Positions 54,001 through 64,000 of a stretch of 64,000 bases of DNA are shown here, piece after piece. The first letter of the stretch is position 1; the number at the start of each line of letters is the position of its first letter. The stretch comes from Balanoglossus misakiensis (taxonomy: Eukaryota; Animalia; Hemichordata), in the NCBI GenBank assembly GCA_040954595.2, contig CM082586.2, positions 7,967,337 to 8,031,336 on the forward strand, read 5' to 3'. The notes beneath the pieces were generated by a model. That model was not told the DNA's origin. It did no database searches and was given only the letters and a program-made list of their open reading frames with translations. Both the position numbers and the translations under genes were made by a program.

Positions 54001-57000
54001 GTTTGAAAAATTTCAAAGAACATTACTGAACAATGTGTAAGTCCAAAAAGTCCTACCTAGCTCTTAGCAGTTCATCATCTTCATTATCCAGATAATTATT
54101 TCTGACGGTATCCTTGACGACTGGATCCGACCCTCTCCATGGAGGCTGTTCCAGTGGAGGGCCAGTTTTTGTCTTGCTTCGTGGAGGTTTTTTGGCCGTT
54201 CTGTCAAAGTCTGCATGTCTCTCTTTTCCATCAATGTGACCATTTGTCAGAGCGGCACCTGATGAACCAGATTTGGATTTTTTCTGTGGAGAATTTGAGA
54301 GTCACCTTTCTTGTTATTGAGATCACATAGTATAGCGCCATCTGTGGTAGTATTTGGATTATGCCTTTGAGTTAGAAGAGACATGCGCAGTCGGACTGGG
54401 GTGGGGTGGAGTTCTGAGGTTGTGTATAGTGTGTCGGTTATGTCAATGGATAAATCTATACCGTAGTAGAAAACCAGACAAGCGTCTTGTGCAGTCTCGT
54501 TATTACTCATTATCATCAATTAACCATGACACTGTTTGAAATCTGGGTGTACTTGTACTTGTACTTGTATACAGTATTGTTGACAAAACAAAACACATAT
54601 GTATGTTTGTAAATTATGTGTGAGTTGCTTTTACAACATAACATACTAGTATATAATGTAACGACAATTTCATTTTCAGTTTTTGCATATCTATAATATG
54701 CCATGAGTCTGGTCTTTCTCTTACAGTGTAGGGATGCTTAAACAGCTAGCCTTTTGGTGACATGAAAGCAACAAGCATGTGTGAGAAATCTGCCTATTTG
54801 AAATCTTAACACATTTTAATGTAATTTCAACACAGATGTAATCTGCATATGTTCTCCTACGCCATGTTCAGTGGTCTACTAGTATATGTCCAATTAAAAT
54901 GTGAAAATATATTAAAATTCATAGAATTCTGAGACCATGCATTTTCAGTGCACACTGCAGTCTATTGTACGAACAGTGGCCACATAATTCACATTGCTTA
55001 CACAGACAATGAAATACATGTACTGAAGACATGACAGACTCACCTTTGGTCCAAGCAGATTGATTTCCCGGACATTCTCCAGATACAGACGCTTCCATAT
55101 TCCTGTTTCATACGGACTGGGGCTGAAGGTCAAGAACCATCCTAATCGCAAACACTTGGGCATCCATACTTGATCCAACTCAGACGTGTACTTCCAATAC
55201 CAACTCACCTGTCACATACAATCGATGATATATTGTGATGTCAATTTATTTGTCAATACTTTGCTCGTCCATAAAACGTGGACTTTTTGTCTACTGCATT
55301 TGCAAAACAGGCACACACAAAACTTCCTATTTAGGCCAAGATAATCAAACCAGCCTTACATTTGGGTCCCCATACATGTTTATCTGCATTCTCCAAAATG
55401 ACCTGAACAATATTTTCATTTAAATATCACAAAAGCAACTGCATTGTTCATCTAGGATGGCATCAACAGAGGGACATGTCTCCCTTTGCCAGAATATGTT
55501 GTTGTTGTTGTTGTTTTTTTGTTTTTTTTGGGGGGGGTGGGTGGGGGAAGGATTCCACTCTGGCAAGGGGGGAATGTAATATCTCCAACATGTGAGTGAA
55601 ATCATTTTAAGGGGCACTGGTTGCCCCTTGACAAATTGCTAGGGGGTGCAAACATGTCAACAAAACAGACGGAGACAAAACTTACCTGTGCACATCGACA
55701 TAAACTTCTAGGATCAAGAAATGATAATATGTAAATAGCAATACATCTTGGTAATATCTGGCAAAAGTCATGTTTCTGTATCGGTAACTTGTGACCGGTG
55801 ACTTTGACACCAAACTCCAGCTGGCTCTTGTTACATTTATAAATAATATCTTGCAAGACTTTTTTCCGTTGCCCGTCAGTCCATTTGTCAAACTGTGAAC
55901 AGAAAAGACAATACATGTACATGTGGATATATAGTGAATCAACGTTCCACCACACACAACTTCCGTCCCGTTTGGAGAATATGAGAGTAAAATCTCGCCA
56001 AAATGAATAAACGGTAAACACCAATTATTCATATTGACGAGTTTTTCACTCTCTTGTCTGCAAGTGGGATGGAAGTTTTGTGTGGTCGAACGTTGATTCA
56101 CTATATATCAACATATACATTAACATAAACAGTGTCTTGTATCAAACATAATTAATGGCAAAACGGCAGCCAGAGAGAGACTTTGTCCCTTTAATCAATG
56201 ACAAGTATTGTCAGAAGGAAATGTATCAAAGGTGGGCACAGTTGAAATTACACAACAGCAGATAAAACTGGCATTAAAGCAAACTATTATAATTCATTTA
56301 TAATTTTCTGAACTTTACAAGTAGCTCCACACATTTACATTGCACATCTGACATGTGAGAATTCTTTATTTTATTGACTGATCTGCTATGATTCAAAGAT
56401 GAACATGTACCACACACAGATATTCCAAATAACAACAAAAACGTCAAAAATAACTGAAGGACATCAACTGATCTAGTTTGATTCAAATCAAATAAATTCT
56501 GAATGGAAACAAAAAGTCACTTTATGCAGGTGGGTAGTGCCAGGCAAATTCATAATGTTTCAACTTTGTCCACATAGTCCACTGAGGGCAAAGATACAAG
56601 TACGGTATGTCTTTTACCTGCCAACCGTGTTATTTATGGATGTAGACAGATGACTGTCCAAATGTCACTCAGAATTAGACAAACATAAAGACCTTGCTAA
56701 ATCATAGCCCTTAAAAGTTACATATCTCTGTTTTTAAGAGTTGACATTTGAACACAATTTACAATAGTTTAGTTTCTTCAAAAAACAAAATAGAGTTGTG
56801 ATCATTTTGGCAGATAACTTTCTTCGTTATAACAGTATGAATTGCTATTCAAACAGTAAGCCTAAACAATATTTTTTGTTAAAAGTCAACAAGTTGCATT
56901 GACCGAGATACAAAGTTATCAACACAGTCCTTTTCACCACAAACACACATTTGAAATAAGTTTCATGAAGCTATAGTGTCACAAAAATGAAGTTTTAAGG

Positions 57001-60000
57001 TTTATACTTACACACATAATGTATTACACACACTTGTTTTTTCCTGATTTTTTTTTTTTTTTTTTTTTTTTTGCAAAACCTGAGCTACAAAACAAATATC
57101 TACATTGATGTGCTACCTCTGCTCCGAGCAGTGAAAGTCAGTAACAAAGTAAATGTTATCAGGGGTCCCTATATAAGTGGGGTCAATAGAAGAAGTGTTA
57201 CAAAGGTTCCAAAATCATTTCCCACTGTTCCCCAACCACAGCAAAAACACTGCAAGAAGGTTGGCAACCTTTCCTATGGTAGTAATACACACATCTCATT
57301 TTTTAGTGTATGAACACTTTGACACAATTATTGCCACTATCGGCTACAACCACTTTGTTAGGCAGCGTGTCACTAACAGCCAGACCTCCAGGGTAGCTCA
57401 GTTTGTCTGCTGTACAATCAACACGACAGATAAACCTGCCAGTCTGGTCAAACTTCTGAACACTGTGCCTGTCACTAACAAACACACACCCAGAGCTGTC
57501 AGCCACCACTCCCATAGGAAAGTTCAACTTGCCATCCCCTGAGCCAAACATCTGCAGGAACCTTCCCTCGGCTGAAAATACCTGAACGCGGTTATTCCCA
57601 AAATCGGCCACATACACATTTCCTGCCTTCCCTACAGAAATAAACTGGGGCCCACTGAATTTACCTTGACCCTTTCCCTTTGACCCAAACGACTTCACGT
57701 ATTTGCCATCTTTGGTGTAAATTTTGACACAATTCTCAGCCCAGTCTGTGACGTACACAGAGTTATTCACGTGGCCCACGGCAACACCGCACGGGCATCT
57801 CAATTCACGATCTCCAAATCGTCTGATGACACGGCCGTTCTCGTCACCGACAACAACCTGTCTATTACTGTCATCCAGACTGTAGCATGTACCGTCACTT
57901 GACACACTGATATCACTCGGTGAAAAGTTCTGAGTGAATTGCTTAAACTTAATGTTTTTCTTGAATCTTCCATCATTGCTGGTGATAACTACCCGACTAT
58001 TTCCCTTGTCAGCAGTCAATATATCTGCAGTTTTGTTGATGAACACACTGGATGGATTTTGAAATTGGCCATCACCTTTGCCCTCACTTCCAATTGTTTT
58101 TACCAATCCTCGAACAACTTTAAAACTCGCTGGAGAAGATGCGATTGGTTGGTCTCCGATCCTCGCGTTCACTTGATACAGCCCGTCCATGTTGCCATGC
58201 ACTGTAACCAAGCACGTGCCATCTCTCTTGTCTGCTACTTTGACATCTACCCACAATCCATCCGGTCTTTTGACCTTGACATTGACCGGTTGTTGTGAGG
58301 CTACTCGTCTTCCAGTTGCATCTCTGCTGGTGATCACCAGATCCACACTTTCTCCTTTCTGCAGCTGTTTCGGAATGTTCTCAATTGTACAGTGTGGTGG
58401 AGACACATTGCACTGTTTGACCAGGTTTCCAAGACAGCCTGTCTCCATTGAGCCGACCCTTGGCTGGAATGTCACGCTGCCTGTCAGTATTTGTGGCTGC
58501 GTTTCCATGGTGATCAGCTCTTTCATGCGTGGTATGGCTTTCTCTGTGGTGGACAGAATCTGCGCATGGCTTCCGTGCTGTAGTAACATTTCCACATAAC
58601 TGCATGTGCTCTTAATGTTACCGTGTTTCATTTCTGACTCGTCCAGGGCCACGGCGGAACTCTTCAACTGAATTCCGTATTCGCTTCTCAACTCATCCAC
58701 CAGTCTGTTTTCTTCGCTCTTTATTTCGTTCGTCAGCTCGTCTGCTTTCGCGTTGACCTTCTTGACCTCTGCCTGGAGCTTGCCTCGGAGGTCGTCGTCT
58801 GCTTTCTTGCAAATGCTCTTACTTCTCTCCGCTTCTTTCTCTTTCGCTTTCAGCTTCTCCACGATGCCTTGCAACTCGGCGCGACATCCGTCGGCGACCT
58901 CTTGCAAGTATCGATGGCTGTGGGCCGGCACACGGTGATCCACGATGGTGCAGTCAGAACAGATGGCAGTCTGACAGGTGTCACAGAAGAACTTGAGTTC
59001 GTTGCGGGCGTGGACACTGCACCAATCTGTCGGTCGCACTGACTGTGCCGTGGCGGACTTTGCACCTTCATACTCCTCCTTCAGTGACAGGATACGATGC
59101 GATCGAATGACCGGGATACTTCGATGGACTTTAACACAGCTGTCACAGCTGAACTGCGGACAGTCGACACACTTATGAGTAGCCGTTGCCTCCTGACATC
59201 CTTCACATTGGACGGGCGCTTCCACACAACTGGATTTACGTTTTTCGTACAAATCCATCAAATTCGTCATGAAAATATTGCCCTGCAGACTGGCCACACC
59301 TCCATCGGGAAGCTGGTATTGCTTGTTGCACATGGGGCAGATCAAAGCTCCTTTCTTCTTCACCAAATCGACCAGACATTGCTCACAGAATGTATGCATA
59401 CATTCTAAGACTTTGGGTCTCGTAAAATGCTCAAAACAGATGCTACAACACAGAAAATCCTCTTCTATTTGGTCCAGAATGGATTTTTCAGTTGGTGCGG
59501 CCATGATGATTGTGCATTTATAAAAAAGGGCACCTCTAGTTCCTTCTACGCAAGGCCCTTCAGAAATAGTTTGCCAATCAATAGTTCACACACCGTCCCA
59601 GAGTGTGTATCTGTACTGAAAAATCTTGCTGTCATAATTGCCAGGAAACTAGGGAGACCTTATTCACCTATCATGACCTGTCACGAAGCCGAGTCTATTG
59701 TGGCAACTGTTGTTTGCATTCAGTCTCATGCATGATGACATGTTATGGATAATGGGTACACTACGTGACCATGATGAGGGATTTGACCAAAGGTTCAAAA
59801 TAACTAGCAATAAACACCATCAAGTCTGGGAGCTATGTCTATATTTATGTACACTGCAGGTAGAATGTACTGTACCAGTAGTTCATGGGCCAGAGACCGA
59901 AACCCCTCCCCCTCCCCAGGGAATTTTACAGACCGCCTCGGTATTTTTGGAAAGATTATTTATCCAACTGTTAGAATCAGTTGTTTACACTCATATTAAT

Positions 60001-60454
60001 GGTGGGTGTGGAAGGAAAGAAGTATTTCTGCATCGCAGCTAGTGGTAATTCACACACACACACACACATGGCTACGTATTCTTACTGTATGATTTCATTG
60101 TAACACAAGAGAAAAAGACATGAAATGCCTGTGCAATTGAATAAGAAAACCAAATTGCACTTTTGTAAGCATTGTGCATTTCACTCAAAATAAGCCAGAC
60201 AAGATAAGACCACTGTCTGAATGGAGCTTTAGAAAAATTCAAGAAAGTTGTAAAATAAGACAGTTTCAGGAAAGAGCACGCGATAGATTAGACATTTGTT
60301 CTTTGGTTCCCGAATTTCTTTCACATTCACAAGGGTCTCACAGATGGTGTTACAGTAACCTTACAAACATATCTCGACTTCTAAAACGTAAGAATCTGGC
60401 AAGTATTAAGGAAGAAGCATTATCGAATTGCCCTTAAGGAATGAATACAGTTGA

Positions 60455-60497
<43 letters not shown>

Positions 60498-63043
60498 ATG
60501 CCCCAAAAGGCACAGAACATCACTGAAATCCTCAACAGGTCTGTTACTTCCATCAGATCAGTGTCTCTTTTGTGACAAGAATCACATCAAAATACAAGGA
60601 AGAGAGATAAAACTTGTCAAATGTCAAACAGCTGAACAGTCAATAAAGGCAGCAGTAGAGAGAAAACAAGATGAGCGAATGACTGGTAAAGTTGCGGGTA
60701 TAGATTTGATAACAAGGGAAGCACATTACCAATGAATCATGTAGAAAATCATATACACAAGACGTGGACCGTGATGAATGCAACATTGCAAATACGATTG
60801 TTAATCAATGAAGGTAAAATGTTTTTCAAATAATGCGTTGAACACAAGAAGCATGGAGAGACTGACGATCACGAGCTGTTGTCAAGTAAAACCCCTTGAA
60901 AGTGACATGAATGTTGCTATGGAAAGGGCATACGCAGATCAAGATAAAGCAATCATCAAATCTCTGAAAGTTGTGTACTGGCTTGCAAGTGAGAACCTCC
61001 CTTTGAGTAAATATGAGAGTCAACTTATAATTTGATGAGAAAACTTGAGAGTCAAGTAAAGTTCCTACTATTGAGGCATTGAACTACAATGTTCTTGTCT
61101 CTACGGTTTTTAGGTCGGATGCTCTTTTTTACTCAAAAAGTTATAAGATGTAGAGACAAGTGATGTATTTTTAAGTTTTTATTGTTTCCATTCTATTTTT
61201 TATTTTTATTATCTGTTTAAGTCTGTGGTGTTTTCTTTATTATTTTTTAAGTCTATAGGATTGTATACCAAATATGTTTTCAATTTTATATCATGAAATG
61301 AAATAAAGAAATATTATATTATTAAATAAGTGCTACCATTGATGAGGTAAATTCACAGATAGCTGAGTCACCATTCATTTCTATATTGTGCGATGAAAGC
61401 ACAGTTAAGCAAATTCTCAAAGGATGACTGTAAACGCACGCATAATAGAACTAAATTCTGGAGAGGCACAGAGTGTTTTCCTTCAGGACATTGAGTATGA
61501 AGATGGCACTGGTTAAGGCCTGTGTGGAGAAATTGTCAAGATACTTGAAGAGAGAAAGATACCAATTGAGAAGGTAGTGGGGTTAGGAACAGATGGAGCT
61601 TCAGTGATGACTGGCCTGGACAAAGAAAGGGGTACATGGTCCCCTGAAGCAATTAAATCCTCACATCTTTAAATATTCACGGCTTAGCCCATAGACTGCC
61701 TGGCATTATGTACATCACAAGCTGCAACTGGAATCTCACTATTTAAGAAATACCAGGAGTGGTTGACTCAGTTATTCTATTACTTCAAGAGATCTCCCAA
61801 ATGCGAAAAGCAGCTACACATAATCCAGGAGATTTTGGACCACCCTACGCTCAAATACAGAGAAGTTCATGCTGTAAGATGGCTGTCCTTTATGAGGCAC
61901 TTGCGGCTGTGTACAGAACAACTGACCCACCGATGACCTACTTGCACAGTCAGATTGCACAAAAATTCTGAATTGGGTTTGATAGTGAATTTTCAGACAC
62001 ACAAAGGTGATCAGTGCTGCAATGATGCATAGGACACCCAAACTACAGTGAGGTAGTTTGTGGTATGTAAGAAAGTGTATTCTGTGTTATTACACAATTG
62101 AATTTGGTATGACGCCATTCTTTCTGCAAATGACGCCATTTTTTGGCCTGTAGCCCCCCCCCCCCTCCCCAGCCAAAGACCTTGGCAGAACATTGACTGT
62201 ACACCTAAGACAGGTATATTAAAAATCTACACACAAATATTGAGGTGATACGCGCAGCAGTTTTCAAGGTTTTAATGTAGAAGGATATACAGACATACAA
62301 ACATCCATACATACATACAGACGCAACCAATCTCATAAGATCCCATGGTATATATACATATATACACGTATATATATATATACCAAATGGGACCTAAAAA
62401 TGTAGACCAAAATGTATGCCTACCCATTTTCCAACAAGTGCTCTTCTTTCTTCAAAAACCTGTTTGGGTCAAAAGTAATAGAAGTTGATGAAACTAAGTT
62501 AATGAGACATGTTGAATTCTATACCCACAGTGAACTACAGAAGACTAGACAGTGTGTCAGCTTAGCTCTACGTGTACATCATGTACATTAGCTCTGCGTG
62601 GCAGGGCTGTGTTGTTACGGCGAGACCTCCACTAACTGGGTGGAGGTCTCGCCGTAACAACACAGCCCTGCCACGCAGAGCTACATGTACATGTACATCA
62701 GTTCAGAGTCATCATCTAAACTTTTATCTGACATTGCTTAGCCGAAGACATGCGTCATTTTCGTTCGATCTATGGAATACTATGATATCGGAATCAATTT
62801 ACAAGGATTCCGATCATTGACCAAACATCGTGTTACTTAGCCCTGCGTACAGGTCTGTGTGTTCCCGGCGTTGTACGTGATGGAGGCCGCGTAACACCGG
62901 AAGCACACAGAGTACGTGTTACTTACCTTGTCATTTGTTGCCGAGTGGTTCATCGGAGTCCACGTACTGAATTTCTTTGAGTTAAGGGACTCCATGCCAA
63001 CTTTCTTGGCCTGGAGTTTCTTCTGTTCCGCTGACCACGCCAT
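51009..63043 (-). CDS. FBXO16: F-box only protein 16; 8 coding exons, ~368 aa
   Basis: Exons (-): 62927-63043, 62424-62459, 55686-55892, 55044-55208, 54057-54283, 53284-53413, 51619-51775, 51009-51076. Phases are consistent. Peptides STWTPMNH..NDK/VFEERRALVGKW/FDKWTDGQR, ILSFLDPRSLCRCAQVSWYW, ELDQVWMPKCLR, PWRGSD..NYLDN match FBXO16. The last three exons are less certain. Confidence 0.88.
51879..52212. mobile_element. Kolobok-like MITE with long internal inverted arms
   Basis: Starts ttaaagggacaaagtc. Arms caagacactgtttatgtt..catgtggatatatagtgaatcaac pair with gttgattcactatatatccacatg..aacataaacagtgtcttg. A second copy lies at 55919-56194. Confidence 0.7.
55919..56194. mobile_element. Second (left-truncated) copy of the 51879-52212 MITE
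   Basis: Colinear with 51950-52212 and ends gactttgtccctttaa. Confidence 0.7.
57303..59504 (-). CDS. TRIM-NHL E3 ubiquitin ligase (TRIM2/TRIM3/TRIM71-like), single coding exon, 733 aa, nested in FBXO16 intron 2
   Basis: RING (CSIC..CMHTFCEQC..CPMC), B-box1 (CEGC..CVDC..CDSCVKVH), B-box2 (CSVH..FFCDTCQTAICSDC..DH..H), coiled coil, filamin-type Ig domain (SRDATG..SSPASFKV), NHL repeats (GQFQNP, GKFSGPQFI, VYVADFGNNRVQVF, VVADSGNNCVKVF). Confidence 0.93.
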   Translation of the reverse strand: MAAPTEKSILDQIEEDFLCCSICFEHFTRPKVLECMHTFCEQCLVDLVKKKGALICPMCNKQYQLPDGGVASLQGNIFMTNLMDLYEKRKSSCVEAPVQCEGCQEATATHKCVDCPQFSCDSCVKVHRSIPVIRSHRILSLKEEYEGAKSATAQSVRPTDWCSVHARNELKFFCDTCQTAICSDCTIVDHRVPAHSHRYLQEVADGCRAELQGIVEKLKAKEKEAERSKSICKKADDDLRGKLQAEVKKVNAKADELTNEIKSEENRLVDELRSEYGIQLKSSAVALDESEMKHGNIKSTCSYVEMLLQHGSHAQILSTTEKAIPRMKELITMETQPQILTGSVTFQPRVGSMETGCLGNLVKQCNVSPPHCTIENIPKQLQKGESVDLVITSRDATGRRVASQQPVNVKVKRPDGLWVDVKVADKRDGTCLVTVHGNMDGLYQVNARIGDQPIASSPASFKVVRGLVKTIGSEGKGDGQFQNPSSVFINKTADILTADKGNSRVVITSNDGRFKKNIKFKQFTQNFSPSDISVSSDGTCYSLDDSNRQVVVGDENGRVIRRFGDRELRCPCGVAVGHVNNSVYVTDWAENCVKIYTKDGKYVKSFGSKGKGQGKFSGPQFISVGKAGNVYVADFGNNRVQVFSAEGRFLQMFGSGDGKLNFPMGVVADSSGCVFVSDRHSVQKFDQTGRFICRVDCTADKLSYPGGLAVSDTLPNKVVVADSGNNCVKVFIH
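60455..60497. repeat. (ATTG)n microsatellite
   Basis: Directly visible. Confidence 0.9.
60840..61965 (+). pseudogene. Decayed hAT-family (ZNF862-like) transposase remnant
   Basis: Frame-shifted fragments: KSLKVVYWLASENLPLSKYES, IAESPFISILCDEST, VFLQDIEYEDGTG*, KVVGLGTDGASVMTG, HGLAHRL, LTQLFYYFKRSPK, KYREVHAVRWLSFYEAL. Multiple stops and frameshifts. Confidence 0.8.
62589..62683. mobile_element. Palindromic mini-element TAG..CTA with perfect 9-bp TSD (Academ/AcademH-like MITE)
   Basis: Perfect ~44-bp stem tagctctgcgtggcagggctgtgttgttacggcgagacctccac with its reverse complement. TSD catgtacat at 62580-62588 and 62684-62692. Confidence 0.85.
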
Positions 63044-63324
63044 AGTGAACTCTAAAGGCGACCAACAATTAAATCAGATGCGAGATCTTTGGATAATGCA
63101 CTTGACACAACTTGATCAGCTTGTTGCTACCGCCATCTTTGTTAACAACAAACCCACTTCCGCCATTTACACGCATTGTGGGAAAAACGTGTCTGGTTCC
63201 CTGATCCGTATTCCCCGGTAGAGGGCGTGGAGGGGAATACAAGTCGGGGGGGGGGGAACCAGGCTGCATACTTAGCAATCTGATTAAAATCAGATGTAGG
63301 GAACGGCGGCGTTTGAGTCATGGC

Positions 63325-63735
63325 ATGGCTGTGGTGTTTGGGCCTTGAGCAAGGCACTTTATCAATGCTGCTTCCTATCCAATCTGATTAAAATCAGATG
63401 TAGGGAACGACGACTTGGTTTTTTTATGCTGTCAACAACAAATTTTCTCCCATCTCCCAGTGCAATTCTTTAGTCGGCATAGCACGCAATCTGATTGGCC
63501 GGGTCGGAATGCGCGATTTCAGCGGGATCTCCATTGAGAGTTGGTCAGATGTAGTGTGAGGCGACAGCATAAAAAAACCAAGTCGCCGTTCCCTACATCT
63601 GATTTTAATCAGATTGCTTCCTATCTAACCAGGAGGACATTCTCGTGTTGAGCTCTGCTGTGGCAATTTATGGTTGCAGTGACGTCAGGGCCGTGTTGCC
63701 TGCCTCCACTGGTTATTAAATGGAGTGAATGAACA
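63325..63735 (+). mobile_element. Probable SINE fragment interrupted by a MITE
   Basis: ccttgagcaaggcacttta resembles a conserved central domain of tRNA-derived SINEs. The sequence continues after the MITE (aaccagg...). No intact A/B boxes seen. Confidence 0.35.
63380..63616. mobile_element. MITE with ~55-bp TIRs and 9-bp TSD
   Basis: caatctgattaaaatcagatgtagggaacgacgacttggtttttttatgctgtc with its reverse complement at the right end. TSD cttcctatc at 63371-63379 and 63617-63625. An extra solo TIR lies at ~63277-63310. Confidence 0.85.
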
Positions 63736-64000
63736 TGTAGCATGCACCTGTCCTCAAAAATCATATCTTGCACAAGAAAACTTTAGATCATTCTCTCAGT
63801 TAACTGATGATAAAATTGGAGTCACCATGCAAAATTTTGAACTGGCGCAAAATTATCAATTTGAAATTAAAAATGGCCACTAATCTCCGAGAACTTTGTT
63901 GGGGAAAATTTACATTGGTGCTGAAAATCTTTCCCTAAATACACTCCAGCTTCTACATCACTCCAAATCAGCAGACAAAGCACACCAATAGTTACTGATC

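Noticed and set aside
59505-59590. In-frame FBXO16 exon2-TRIM fusion, or a TATA box just before the TRIM ATG
   Set aside because: There is no phase-0 AG acceptor before the upstream in-frame TGA. The TATAAA is under 20 nt from the ATG, too close to act as the TATA box for this start.
57177-59735. Several plus-strand ORFs opposite the TRIM gene
   Set aside because: They are antisense shadows of a GC-rich coding sequence with no motifs.
1-64000. tRNA, rRNA or prokaryotic/viral genes
   Set aside because: I saw no cloverleaf, rRNA-like segment, operon structure or viral hallmark protein by eye. A covariance-model search would be needed to exclude small ncRNAs.

Overview
AT-rich, intron-rich eukaryotic genomic DNA, most likely from a marine invertebrate deuterostome (inferred from gene content and repeat types, not proven). 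I reconstructed the genes by hand from GT-AG boundaries and reading-frame phase. (1) A 10-exon divergent TRPC-family cation channel (+, 5656-25862, ~992 aa); its intron 8 holds a ~7.2 kb minisatellite with higher-order structure. (2) A 16-exon LMBRD1 (-, 28171-37661, ~534 aa). (3) A 4-exon SDR16C/RDH10-like short-chain dehydrogenase (+, 38526-40168), head-to-head with LMBRD1. (4) A young 5'-truncated LINE (-, 46515-50422) with a 12-bp target-site duplication (TSD) and an intact APE-RT ORF2. ORF2 follows the ORF1 stop in the same frame with no AUG, which suggests UAG readthrough. (5) An 8-exon FBXO16 (-, 51009-63043) whose intron 2 contains an uninterrupted TRIM-NHL ORF (57303-59504) and a decayed hAT transposase. 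Many non-autonomous DNA transposons are present: TTAA-flanked Kolobok-like MITEs, TAG..CTA hairpins with 9-bp TSDs, and TA-flanked MITEs. I found no prokaryote-type system, CRISPR array, rRNA or tRNA. The best leads are the LINE ORF1/ORF2 junction, the TRPC's ~150-aa S3-S4 loop with a furin-type site, the TRPC's missing Zn-binding motif, and the nested TRIM-NHL gene.
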